Assembly: GCF_006345805.1 (NCBI RefSeq)
Contig: NC_043005.1
Location: 108,748,001 to 108,812,000, forward strand
Direction: 5' to 3'
Length of the DNA: 64,000 bases
DNA from: Octopus sinensis
Lineage: Eukaryota
Shown here: piece by piece, positions 24,672 to 37,365 of the stretch
Numbering within the stretch: the first letter of the stretch is position 1
Layout: every line of letters begins with the position of its first letter
Made by a program: the position numbers and the translations under genes
The notes under the pieces: model-generated
Seen by the model: the letters and a program-made list of their open reading frames with translations, nothing else
The model's database searches: none
What the model was told of the DNA's origin: nothing

Positions 24672-25130
24672 TTGATATGGAGTAAAAAGTATTGCAATTG
24701 GCCAATTTGTCTTCCATACCCTTAACAGCTCATAACAACCCATATTCTAATTAAACGACTTCTTTATGACCCTTAACACTTATGAGTCTATTTTTCAAGT
24801 ACCTTATAGTATTTTAGCAAGGTTTCATTAGATAATATCTCCCCACATGACCTTGGTGTCTTAATAAATTATTGCTTACATTATTTAAATATTTGAAAAT
24901 ACAGTCCTCTTTGCTCACCACCAGGAATTAAATATCCTCGCTGATGATATCCAGACATAATGTGGATTTATTTTAAATCTAACATTTCTTGAATGGTGAT
25001 GATCTGAATCTAATGGCCGGATCGAAACATATGTAGGATTATTTTATGTTTATTTCTTTTTTTGATTCTGCTCCTTTACATCCTGAATCTTATATGTATT
25101 ACTTTTTCCGTAGAATAAATTAAGTATCTA
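22540..25130. mobile_element. ~2.6-kb element with ~420-bp inverted arms (22540-22960 / 24705-25130), each carrying a hammerhead-like motif
   Basis: Reverse complement of 24705-25040 aligns to 22630-22960; plus-strand motif CTGATGA 24941-47 ... GAAA-CATATG-TA 25024-35. Confidence 0.75.
23833..24226 (+). mobile_element. Non-autonomous Helitron
   Basis: 5' TC(tctc)tatatatataaagctgaag; 3' gcccaagcaacgtcaggtgaaactgCTAG; inserted between A and T. Confidence 0.8.
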
Positions 25131-25199
25131 CTATATTTCGTTTCCATTTTTTTTTATTAACTTTACACATTATACACACAAATGGCAATAACTGCATAT

Positions 25200-25775
25200 T
25201 ATTATTATTATTGTTCAACTGTGGTCGAGACAATGGAATTTACTATGTTACGCCAGACTTCACGGTCCATCATAGCATTACAAAGGTCCTGTTGCTGGAT
25301 GCCTGTATCCCTGGAGATTACATCAGGGTAGGAGAGTGTGCGCCCTCTGGTATTGCGAGTAGATGGCTTCCAGAGGAGAAGAGTAGAAATTACTTCTTTT
25401 TCAGCTCTGCAACAATGTCCAGCAAACTGGACTCTCCTACCTTTCACAAGAGATGACACAGGTGGTAATTTCCCATATATTTGCATTTTGGTTGATGGCG
25501 CTTCCACGAGAGATTTTGAGCTCTCATAAGGAGGCGAGTGTAGGTTCCATCCAACCGCCTCTCAAGCTTCTTTGATAACGTCCAGGTTTCTGAGCATATA
25601 GTAGAATTGGTTCGACTGTGGCTTTGAAGATTTCAAGTTTGAAGTCTCTACTTAGATTTGATGACCAGATCTTATGCATGTCATTACAGGCTGACCAGGC
25701 CATACCCTTTCTAGTTAGAAAGTCTTTTCCAGATGATGATATGTATGACCCAAGATATTTATAATCAGAAACCAT
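25200..25775 (-). mobile_element. RTE-clade LINE 3' fragment (RT C-terminus)
   Basis: YKYLGSYISSSGKDFLTRKGMAWSACNDMHKIW...FKATVEPILLY; LPPVSSLVKGRRVQFAGHC...MMDREVWRNIV; (TAA)n tail. Confidence 0.92.
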
Positions 25776-25784
25776 ATTTAAAGG

Positions 25785-26050
25785 CGCACTGTTGAGAGTG
25801 CTTCATTTTGTCAAGCCTTTCTCTCCTGACAGATGCTTTCTTTCTTTTCTCTTCTGGTGGCTCCAGAGATTTTTGTTCTGATGGTGATGGAATGCTGCCA
25901 CTTGGTATGGTTTCCAGCTTCTCTCTCAAACGATTTAGGCTCAATTCCAGTGGACTTTAGTGTTGCTTTGAGTTGTTCCTTGTATCTTTGGTGAGAACAA
26001 CCCCATGGTCTTTTTCCTGAAGTGAGCTCACTGAACATGACCAATGATGT
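25785..26050 (-). mobile_element. Second RTE/BovB-like LINE C-terminal relic
   Basis: MFSELTSGKRPWGCSHQRYKEQLKATLKSTGIEPKSFEREAGNHTKWQHSI. Confidence 0.75.
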
Positions 26051-26342
26051 ATTGTACAACAAATAGAAAGATTCAGTTTTCAATGTGTAAATACTGATAG
26101 AACAGCATATATAGGATAAAATCCTTACAGAGCAAAAAAATCTGTCAGCAACCAGCCATCACCTTCGAAACACAGAGTAGATGAAACCATTGGCGACTGA
26201 AGAAGGGGAATTTTCCTTGTGTTATTTGTCCTGTACTCTATTTTTTTGTTAAGAAAAATGTCCAGTTCCTTGGTTTTGTGTTTGTTTTCGTTTCTCATGG
26301 TATTCTACGTTTTTTTGGTGTCCTGTACTCATATATGCGTGT

Positions 26343-26373
<31 letters not shown>

Positions 26374-26612
26374 GAGGTAGGTACATACATATAAGCATAT
26401 GTTTTATTTATTAATTTATTATATGACGGAATGCACGCATCCATTTCTAAGTAAGATTGTTCTTGATATTAATAATGATGCGCACTCTTGACCTTTCTGT
26501 CCCCTCCCTTTCTCAGCCTTCATTCTTTCTGGTTTCCTCACAACCATTCCCTTTATATATATGTATTGGTAAAAACGGTAAGATAACAAAAGAAAGAATG
26601 AGACCGCAATAT

Positions 26613-26644
<32 letters not shown>

Positions 26645-26651
<7 letters not shown>

Positions 26652-26940
26652 TTTATTCTTTTATTTGTTTCAGCCATTTGACTGTGACCATGTTGGAGCA
26701 CCACCTTTAGTTGAAGAAATCGGCCCCTGGACTTATTCTATCAGGCTCTTTTGTTAAACTGCTAAGTTACAGGGAGGTAAACACACAAACATCAGTTGTC
26801 AAGTGGGGGACAAACACAAACACACACACACACACACGTGTGTATATGCAAGAGGCTTCTTTCAGTTTCTGCCTACCAAATCCACTCACAAGGCTTTGGC
26901 TGGCCTGTGGCTATAATAGAAGACACTTGCCCAAGGTATT
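26645..26940 (-). mobile_element. Family A SINE, 5'-truncated
   Basis: gaagacacttgcccaagg and tail motifs. Confidence 0.85.
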
Positions 26941-27158
26941 ACTAACTATTATATGAAGTTGCTTGGTATGTTGCTCAATAAAAATTTTCTATAAATTTTT
27001 AATAGAGGTTTTTAATGGAAATTTGAACACTTCAAAATGAGAATATTTATATGAAAGTACAGGTGATAATCTCGTGGTTGAAGGGGTCAGAGAATACAAG
27101 GATGACTATGCTTTTCTTCCACTGATGTCTTTGATCATTCCAATGACCAGTAGTTTAA

Positions 27159-27380
27159 CCCTTTTGTTACCATATTTCTGTTGAGGTGCTCTGTGTTTCT
27201 TTCAATTAATTTAAAATATAACAAAGAATTTAGTAAAATAATTTGGTTATCATTAAGCTAGTGTTAGGAACATAAATTGTGACTAAGGTTTGGTGGAAGA
27301 ATTGAATTCAGAACTTATGAAAACAAGACATTTGTACTACAGAGCCAGAGCCGGTTTCAGTTGGGTTGGTAACGAAAGGG
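27159..27380. mobile_element. piggyBac-type MITE (family with 48918-49138 and 53596-53820)
   Basis: TTAA|cccttttgttacc ... ggtaacgaaaggg|TTAA. Confidence 0.9.
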
Positions 27381-27489
27381 TTAATCTGAGGTCAACCTTG
27401 ATCCAGCAAACCTATAATCTATGACATTTTCACTCATCTCTATTCTGTCTTTTTCTCTAGCAATAAGTATCTAGAACTGGAGTATTTAA

Positions 27490-27880
27490 CCCTTTAGTGT
27501 TCAGATTCTTTTCTTCTCTAGACACAAGGCCCGAAATGTTGGGTAAGGGGCCAGTCGATTAGATTGACCCCAGTACGCAACTGGTACTTATTTTATCGAT
27601 CCCGAAAGGACGAAAGGCAAAGTCGACCTCGGTGGAATTTGAACACAGAACGTAAAGACAGACAAAATATCGCTGAGCATTTCGCCCGGCATGCTGACGT
27701 TTCTGCCAGCTTGCCGCCTTTAGTGTTCAGATTACTCTTTTAAATTTAATAATTTTTCACTCAAATTGTTTTTAATTAATCCGCATTATCTTACAGCTTT
27801 GAGGTTTCAATGATTGTTTATTTGAATATAAGACATGTAGAATATTTAGGCCAGATATGGCCAGTTTAAACACTAAAGAG
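27490..27880. mobile_element. piggyBac-type MITE interrupted by a family B SINE
   Basis: TTAA|ccctttagtgtt ... aacactaaagag|TTAA. Confidence 0.85.
27508..27718 (-). mobile_element. Family B SINE with 15-bp TSD
   Basis: tttagtgttcagatt at 27493-27507 and 27719-27733. Confidence 0.9.
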
Positions 27881-28609
27881 TTAATGCGTTATTCCTCTCT
27901 AAGACAGTAATGTGTAACTTGAATAAGTTTTGGTTTCTATATGTTGTGTGTTGAAAAACCAAGTCCAATCTTCTTTCTTGATATCATTGACTAAAAACAT
28001 CCTTAACGTGTGGCCCAGCATGATGCCTGTCCAGTGTTTTGAAACCAACAGAAGGAAAATGGAAAAGATTATACTAAAGAAGCAGGTTTGTCTAATGACC
28101 AATATATTTACATATTAATGACATTTTCTTGAACTGTGTTATATTGCCATGGCAACATTGTTTCTTTTCAGCTACAACAGTAGAGAGGTTATGACTTCTA
28201 TATATATTCATCATTACTATGTCTTGTAAATGAACTGAAGATGAAATAATGTCATTTAGCTTTAACAACATCCCTTCCTCCATTATTTTCAAAAAATTTG
28301 TGAATATTGTCTGATATGATTGGATTTATTTCACTTTTTATTGCTTTTAGATTTTTAGAAACATATGAAAAGACTTTGTTTACTTATTGCGTAGGTAATC
28401 TCAGATAACTGAATTTTTTTTATTTTACTCATTACATTACATGTGAGTCTCTATGGTTTATATAAGATGTAGAAGATTCATCAACTTTTAGAAGTTTTTT
28501 CTGTGACTTTAACCCTCCAATGCTTATTATTCTTGACACTTGAAACATTATTTTCTTGAGGGAAGAAAATAACAAATTTCAAAACCTAAACAAACACTAG
28601 GGATTCTTT

Positions 28610-29125
28610 CATCATCATCATCATCATCATCATCGTTTAACGTCCGTCTTCCATGCTAGCATGGGTTGGATGGTTCGACCGGGGTCTGGGAAGCCAGGAG
28701 GCTGCACCAGGCTCCAGTCTGATCTGGCAGTGTTTCTACAGCTGGATGCCCTTCCTAATGCCAACCACTCCGTGAGTGTAGTGGGTGTTTTTTATGTGCC
28801 ACCGGCACAGGGGCCAGAGCAGGCTGGCAAACGGCCATGATCGGTTGGTGCTTTTATGTGTCACTGACACAGATGCCAGTCAGGCGACGCTGGCATCTGC
28901 CATGTTCGGACGGTGCTTTTTATGTGTCACTGGCACAAGTAGCTTAACTACAATTTCCATTTGATTTTTATTTTGATGTTGGTGTTAACGTACCTGATTC
29001 AATAGGTCTCCTCAAGAACAGCAGGTCACCCTATGAAGCACAGCAGGCCATCATCCTGCAAGCCATGAACTCACTTCATTTGTCGGGTCGTCACAGTTAC
29101 AGCATATCTCAGAGGTCTCGGTCTT
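28610..29125 (-). mobile_element. Family C long copy
   Basis: Near-collinear with 13550-14050. Confidence 0.9.
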
Positions 29126-29749
29126 TACGTTTCAAAATTATTACACGCAAGAAATCGTAAAATTCAAAACAAATTTGATACAGTAGCAATAATAATACAT
29201 AAAAATAAATGCAACACAAATGTATTTGCTGTTTGAAAATAGAAAGCTATCAACACTTTGAGGAGGTCCTGTGCATGAGAATCTTCTCGAGTGCCCTATA
29301 TACAACCTGGGGGGGACTGTTCCCTCCTCTGACACTATCAAATAGATTACTGGAACTTTGGCTACTATGACTAGCTTGGCATGAAACCTGGAGTGGTTTC
29401 CCATTACCTTCTCCAGGCAGGTGAGATTTGAACTCAGAAAGTAGAGAACCAGAAGATGGCATGTAAAGCATTTCTGCCAATGTGCCAATGACTCTGTCAT
29501 TCTCACACCTGCAGAGTAATGTGAAGTGAAGAATCTTGCTCAAGAACATAACACACCACCTGGTCTGGGAATCAAAGCCATGACCCAGTTATTGTGAATG
29601 CGACACCTTAACCATTAGGCCATGCCACCTCCATCACACACACAAATCCACAGATATATAACGTATGTATTTATGTACGTCTGAATGTGATTACATGATA
29701 CCTGTTGATGTGTGCAATTTACCAAAGTGCCAACCATACATATGCATCA

Positions 29750-29965
29750 AGGCAGTGAGATGGCAGAAACGTTAGTACACTGGGCAAAATGCTTAGCAGT
29801 ATTTCGTCTGTCTTTACGTACTGAGTTCAAATTCCACCGAGGTCAATTTTTGCCTTTCATTCCTTGGAGGCCGATAAATTAAGTACCAGTTGTGTACTGG
29901 GGTCAATCTAATCAACTGCCCTCCCCTTCCACAAAAATATTGGGCCTTGTGCCTAGAATAGAAAA
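29750..29965 (+). mobile_element. Family B SINE
   Basis: aaggcagtgagatggcagaaacgttag...ctgagttcaaattccaccgagg. Confidence 0.88.
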
Positions 29966-30048
29966 GAACAAAATATATGTATATCTATTTATATAAATTC
30001 TCCTCTCTCTCTCTCTCTGTATATGTGTTCATATATATATCTATATCA

Positions 30049-30079
<31 letters not shown>

Positions 30080-30130
30080 ATTATTTTTATTTTATCGCAA
30101 TTTGATTTGTTTATATATATATATATATAT

Positions 30131-30243
<113 letters not shown>

Positions 30244-30379
30244 TATATACATATATATATATGTATATATATGTATCCATAATATATGTTTTATATATGT
30301 ATGTGTATATGTATATATGAATATATCTATATCTATCTTTCTATCTATCTATCTATCTATATATATATATATATAAATA

Positions 30380-30800
30380 TAGGTGTAGGAGTGACTGTAT
30401 GGTAAGTAGCTTGCTTACCAACCACATGGTTACAGGTTAAGTCCTACTGTGAGGCACCTTGGGCAAATATCTTCTACAATAAGCCTTGGGCTGACCAAAG
30501 CCTTGTGAGTGGATTTGGTAGACGGAAACTGAAAGAAGCCTGTCGTATATATGTATATATGTATGTATGTGTGTGTGTGTGTGTGTATGTTTGTGTGCCT
30601 GTGTTTGTTCCCCCAAAATTGCTTGACAACCGATCCTGGTGTGTTCATGTCCCCGTAACGTAGCGGTTCAGCAAAGGCGGCCGGTAGAATACGTACTAGG
30701 CTTACAAAGAATAAGTCCTGGGGTCAATTTGCTCAACTATAAAAGCGGTGCTCCAGCATGGCCACAGTCAAATGGCTGAAACAAGTAAAAGAGTAAAAGA
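30380..30800 (+). mobile_element. Family A SINE
   Basis: aggtgtaggagtgactgtatggtaag...gctgaaacaagtaaaagag. Confidence 0.9.
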
Positions 30801-31089
30801 GTATATATATATATATATATATGGTATTGTTGCAGGAGTGGCTGTGTGGTTAAGAAGGTTTATGTGGCACTACATGGTTTCCAGTTTCGTCCAAGAGTTA
30901 TCAAAAGCACACGGACGCATCCCACCACACACACACGCATGCTCACAGACTCACGAATGTACGTATGTATGACTGAGAAGCCTAGCTGACTTAGTTTGTA
31001 ACTGTATTGCATATAATATTACGGACTGAGGAAGAATATATTAAATGGAAGTGATTGCAAAAATAACTGTCAAACATGAGTCGTAAGCT

Positions 31090-31240
31090 TAATAATAATA
31101 ATAATAATAATAATCATAACAAAAATAACAGCTGAAAATAAAAAACAGCATTAGTAATATTGACATTACAAACATTAATAATAATAACAATAATAACAAC
31201 AACAATAACAATAACAATAATAACAATAATAATAACAATG

Positions 31241-31280
<40 letters not shown>

Positions 31281-31439
31281 TAATAATAATACTAATAACA
31301 ACAACAACAACAACAATAATAATAATAACAATGATAACAATAACAACAATAATAACAATAACAATAACAATAACAATGATAGCAATAACAACAATAATAA
31401 TGATAAAAACAAAAAATAATAATAATAATAATAATAATG

Positions 31440-31482
<43 letters not shown>

Positions 31483-31605
31483 TAACAATAATAACAATAA
31501 TAACAATAACAATAATAATAATAATAACAATAACAATAACAATGATAGCAATAACAACAATAATAATGATAAAAACAAAAAATAATAATAATAATAATAA
31601 TAATG

Positions 31606-31640
<35 letters not shown>
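31090..31640. repeat. Complex (AAT)n/(AACAAT)n tract with higher-order duplication
   Basis: Block ...acaatgatagcaataacaacaataataatgataaaaacaaaaaat... occurs twice. Confidence 0.95.
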
Positions 31641-31641
<1 letters not shown>

Positions 31642-31835
31642 GCATATTAAACCAAGAAAATGTGAACAATATTTTGCTCATGTGTGTGTGTATATATATA
31701 TATATAATATATATTTATTTTTTTTTGTGTTTTATTTTTTGTGTTTTATACACACTCGCACACAAGCACACGATATATACACACACTATACCATACATAC
31801 ATACATACATATATATATATAATATATAATATATA

Positions 31836-31871
<36 letters not shown>

Positions 31872-33085
31872 TGTATGTATGTATGTATAGTGTGTGTATA
31901 TATCGTGTGCTTGTGTGCGAGTGTGTATAAAACACAAAAAATAAATTTGGTAGGGGCAAAATAATTGAAATGAAAAGTAAAAAGAACAAAGAAATGTCCA
32001 AAGAGGTTTTGCCCCCGAAGTTATTTTTGTTGTTCACATTATTCTCCTTATTGCCATCGGTATTGTTGTTGTTGTAGTGGGGGTTCTTGTAGTGTGTGAT
32101 TGTTGTTGTTATTATTATAGTTTTTGTTGTTGTTGTCATTGCTTTTTTGTTTGTTTTTTTTGTTGTTGTTGTTGTTGTCATCATTTTTCTCCACGTTGTT
32201 GCTGTTGTTGTTATTGCTGCTGCTGGTCTTCGTCATCATTGCAGTTGTTTTTGCTTAGCCAACCATCTAAGATCTGGCGAATTTTTTACGAGGTGAAACC
32301 ACTTAGTGTTTCAGCCTGCCATCTCTCTGACCACTGACAGTTTCTGGTGAAGGTTTATGGCTATTGCATATAAAGGCCAAATGACGATTATCGTAATCTT
32401 TCCTTGACATCAAAGCCACAATGGCAATCTCATAATACTGAAGAAGATAGCCATTTTCGAAATAGCCTCTCAACAACATGTTTTATTATTATTCTTATTC
32501 CCTTATTTATCATCATCATCATCATCATCATCATCATTGTCAACGTCATTGTCATCATCATCATTATTTTATTATTATTATTATTATTATTGTTATTATT
32601 ATTATTATTATCATCATTTCTTATGTTGGTTCCATAGAAATATTACTAATCCCTTTGTTATTTCTACTTTTGGTATTGTATAATTTTCGTTTTCTTTTTT
32701 TCTTTTTTCTTTATATGTATATATTTCTGGTTTTTGTAAATTTTTTCTCTTATTCTTCACCAAGAATTTGTGTGTGGGTAGGATACAGAAAGTATTTTTC
32801 TAATCTATGAAATATCACCATCACCATCATCATCATCGCCATCGCCTTCACCATTTTTATTTTTTGGTATTCTAATTTTATCTGTTATGTCTCCCTTGAT
32901 GTCTCTTACAACTAAAATATTTTCCATGGCACACACACACACACACACACACACAACACACACAAACACACACACACACAGACACACACAAACACACACA
33001 CACACTCACACACACACAGAAAGAGAGACAGAGACAGAGAGGCATAAAGACATATAGAAAGATAGATACCTATACACACACACAC

Positions 33086-33189
<104 letters not shown>

Positions 33190-33409
33190 GTAAGTGCACG
33201 TATATAAGAAGTGATCAATTCACACTAGTGTAGAATAAGTGCAAATGTGCAAAAAGATATCAGGGAACCTGGGATAGTATTTATATAAGCTGAGATCTGA
33301 GTTTCTATGATCTGCCATAGAAATATTCATTCCTGGTTTTCAGGTGATTAAAACTATGGAGGGAACATCATGAAATAGTGACTACCAAAGACTCAACCTT
33401 AAATAAATA

Positions 33410-33990
33410 ATATGTGTGTGTGTATACACACAGAGAGGGAGAGAGAGACATGTATGTATGTGTATGTGTATATATATATATATATGTATGTATGTGTGTG
33501 TGTATACACATAGAGAGGAAGAGAGACATGTATGTATATGTATGTGTATATGTATATATATATATGTGTGTGTGTGTGTGTATGTGTATACACAGAGAGA
33601 GGGAGAGAGAGACATGTATGTATATGTATGTGTATATATATATATGTGTGTATACACATAGAGAGGGAGAGAGAGACATGTATGTATATGTATGTGTATA
33701 TAATATATGTGTGTGTGTGTGTGTATACACATAGAGAGGGAGAGAGAGGCATGTATGTATATGTGTGTGTATATATATATGTATATGTGTGTGTGTGTAT
33801 ACACATAGAGTGGGAGAGAGAGACATGTATGTATATTTTTGCGTATATATATATGTATATGTGTGTGCATATACACTTAGAGAGGGAGAGAGACATGTAT
33901 GTATATGTATGTGTATATATATATGTGTGTGTGTGTGTGTGTACACATAGAGAGGGAGAGAGAGAGACATGTATGCATATGTATGTGCAT
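33410..33990. repeat. ~60-bp compound minisatellite, about 9-10 units
   Basis: Unit gtatacacatagagagggagagagagacatgtatgtatatgtatgtgtatata(ta)n(tg)n. Confidence 0.92.
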
Positions 33991-34509
33991 ATATATGTGT
34001 GAGATTATATGTTATATAAATATATACATGTGCACACTTGCATACACATACACACACACAAATACACATACACACATTAATGTACTAATGTTCTTTGCTT
34101 TTATGTTGAGTTATAATAAAAACAATTTTACATTAAATGAAGGATTAGTCAATGCTTTCTCTAGAGTACATACTATTCGTTAATAAGAAAACTGCTGATG
34201 GCAACTTCAAAGGTCCAGCCTGCTTAGCCCTCATCAGACTATCATAAGAATATAGAAAATCTGAGAGATATGAAATAAATCGACTTTAATGTGTTCAACC
34301 ATTAACCTTTAGCACATTGTAGGTGCATCATGTCACCATATGAGTTTTCTCCCCTGTAGTAACAGGCCAGTGGCAGGGTAAACAATTCTAGAGAAAATAC
34401 ATGTCTGTCAAAATTTCAATCTTGTTAGAGTGTAAATAAGAAATGATTATTGGTGGTAAAACCAAAGCTTCTAAAGTGGATGGAGAAATTCCAAGGAGTT
34501 GATTTAGTA

Positions 34510-34742
34510 TATATTTCTTTACTGCCTACAAGGGGCTAAACATAGAGGGGACAAACAAGGACAAACAAAGGGATTACGTCGATTACATTGACCCCAGTAC
34601 AGAACTGGTACTTTATTTATTGACCCCGAAAGGATGAATGGCAAAGTCGACCTTGGCGGAATTTGAACTCAGAACGTAACGACAGACGAAATACCGCTAA
34701 GCATTTTGCCTGGCGCACTAACGTTTCTGCAAGCTTGCCCCC
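34510..34742 (-). mobile_element. Family B SINE
   Basis: As 15140-15375. Confidence 0.9.
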
Positions 34743-35269
34743 TTGTTGATTTAGTATAATGGTAGAACATCTGATGTGGTTAGTGAAGGTGTGGGTTTGA
34801 GTCCATAGGCAGTGTTAGAATTTTTCCATCCAATGGTTTTGTTAATCCAACATTCTACATTATATAATCCAACATTATAATTTTATACACTGTTCAAAAC
34901 AATTTATTGTGTGTGTGTGTATGTGTGTGTTTTATTCTTTACTTTGTTTCAATTATTTGACTGCAGCCATGCTGGAGCACCACCTTGATGGGTTTTAGTC
35001 CAATAAATCTATACCAGGACATGTTTTAAAGCCTATTGCTTATTCTATTGGTCTCTTTTGCCAAACCACTAAGTTATGGGGATGTAAAGACACTAACACC
35101 AGTTGTCAAGTGGTGATGGAGTGGGGATCTCCCTTTGTGCAGAAGAGCGTAGACTCGAAATGTAAAAGACATTTTCTATTCCTAATACATCTGTTTGTTT
35201 TGTACACCACCTGTCTTCGTCTTTTGTTTTTTTCGTAAACTCTCCCCATAGATATAAACATACAGGCAA

Positions 35270-35945
35270 AGAAAAAGAGAAGAAAAGGTGAAGAAGTTAG
35301 AGTTTACATCCTCTCAGTTTGAAAAACTGGCTGCAGCTGATAATGGACATGGTATATCACGGGCTGCTAAAGTGAAACAGAAGTTATAGAAGAGGGTGGG
35401 CAGAAAGGAGAAGGAAAAGGGTGATGGAGAGAGCAGAGGTAAGTAAATACGGGTATGTTACAGAGAGAGTGTGGAAGGAGGATTAAAATGGGGAAAAAAA
35501 AGAAATAATAGGAGGTGAAAGGATGTAAGGAAAAACGTTCATTCATACCTGTTGGGGACATGGTGCCAAGATCAAATATGAGACGTTGCTGCTTTTGTTT
35601 CCTAGAGAAGGGGAATCTGTGGTGCAAGACCATACCATACACTGATAAATATGCAATAGAATGATTCACAGTGTTGAAGTGGGTGGCGACAGGTTGGCCT
35701 GGCATATGAAGCATTATGCTTCTGATGTGTTTGCAAACATGATTCCCAAGGCATCACCCTGTTTCTCCAATGACGTCGCCCGCCCCTATGACTTCTGTTT
35801 CACATTTGCAGCCCATGTTATTCGGCATCCATTGTCAGTTGCAGCCAGTTTTTCAAGCTGAGAGGATGTAAAATCTAACTTTTTTCTCTTTTTCTCTGCC
35901 CCCTGATGAAGGATTGAATCCAAAACATTGGATATTCCGATATTC
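35270..35945 (-). mobile_element. Penelope-like element 3' end: GIY-YIG C-terminus with inverted pLTR arms
   Basis: Minus strand PVATHFNTVNHSIAYLSVYG...RKQKQQRLIFDLGTMSPTGMNERF; arms 35272-35395 / 35785-35900; hammerhead relic 35899-35932 (+). Confidence 0.85.
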
Positions 35946-35987
35946 CATTCCTCACGCCAAGTTCACTGTACCCCTTTCACTTTTTCT

Positions 35988-36021
<34 letters not shown>

Positions 36022-36024
36022 ATA

Positions 36025-36322
36025 TCACCATGATCACCGTGACTGACCAGACCATCAGATGTTGCTACACATCGCTGGTCACAATGCGCTTGGCATTGTT
36101 TTAGCCTTCAAGTGTCTAAGTGAGCAGGCCAACAGAAGAAAGAGTGAGAGAAAGTTGTGGTGAAAGAGTACAGCAGGGATTGCCACCACCTCCTGCCTGA
36201 GCTTCGTGGAGTTTTAGGTGTTTTCACTCAATAAAGACTCACAACGCCCGGTCTGAGAATTGAAACCGCGATCCTACAACCGTGAGTCTGCTGCTCTAAC
36301 AACTGGGCCATTGCGCCTCCAC
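36025..36322 (-). mobile_element. tRNA-derived SINE (family E-like)
   Basis: Minus strand ggaggcgcaatggcccagttgttagagcagcagactcacggttgtaggatcgcggtttcaattc. Confidence 0.8.
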
Positions 36323-36355
36323 ACATATCTATATATATATATTCTATATATATAT

Positions 36356-36407
<52 letters not shown>

Positions 36408-36413
36408 ATATAC

Positions 36414-36474
<61 letters not shown>

Positions 36475-36555
36475 CATACATATATACATATATAATACAC
36501 AAATTATACAATATATACATATATATATAATATAATATTATATATATATATAATA

Positions 36556-36626
<71 letters not shown>

Positions 36627-36632
<6 letters not shown>

Positions 36633-36763
36633 TTATTATATAGAAGGAGCTCTACAGGACTAGTACTGTTTCATTCAAGAGAAATCTTCAGGAAGCTCCT
36701 GAAGATTTCTCTTGAATGAAACAGTACTAGTCCTGTAGAAGCTCCTTTATATAATAAATAAAT
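36627..36763. ncRNA. Near-perfect palindrome made of two head-to-head type I hammerhead ribozymes
   Basis: Plus strand CTGAAGA 36699-705, ttc/gaa stem II, GAAA 36718-21, CAG/CTG stem III with ACTAGT loop, GTA 36735-37, then gaagctcc; mirror copy on the minus strand. Confidence 0.75.
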
Positions 36764-36827
36764 TAATTTTACTCTGCTATGTATTGAGTACCTTACTTAC
36801 TGTGGTTAACCGGATCAACCCGGGACC

Positions 36828-36858
<31 letters not shown>

Positions 36859-36945
36859 CATATACATGCATCTGTGTCATTTTGAATTGACTAAATATAT
36901 ATATATATATAATATAGAGAAGAGAGAGAAGAGAGTAGTTATATG

Positions 36946-36983
<38 letters not shown>

Positions 36984-36991
36984 AAAGAGAG

Positions 36992-37024
<33 letters not shown>

Positions 37025-37365
37025 TAGAGAGAGAGAGAGAGAGTGATTGTGCATAAGCAAAACCTGATCTAAGGATGCTGCATCTCATGGAGATAACAAA
37101 AGCAATATGTTGTACAGCAGAATATTGATCAGCCCCTGGACCAAGACCATTGAAATGAGGGTAGTGATAGGGGTCAGGATGTTTTACATTCAACCAAGGC
37201 TACAATACTACTCACTTCTTTGCATCTACTAGCTGTTCAACTTCCCTCCTTCCATATCTCTCTATTTCTCATTTCTCTCTACTACTTGGGCTCACCACGT
37301 TATCTCACTTCTCTTCCACATGCACCCATCTCTAGGTCTTTGTACAAGAGACTGCACTGCACTAT

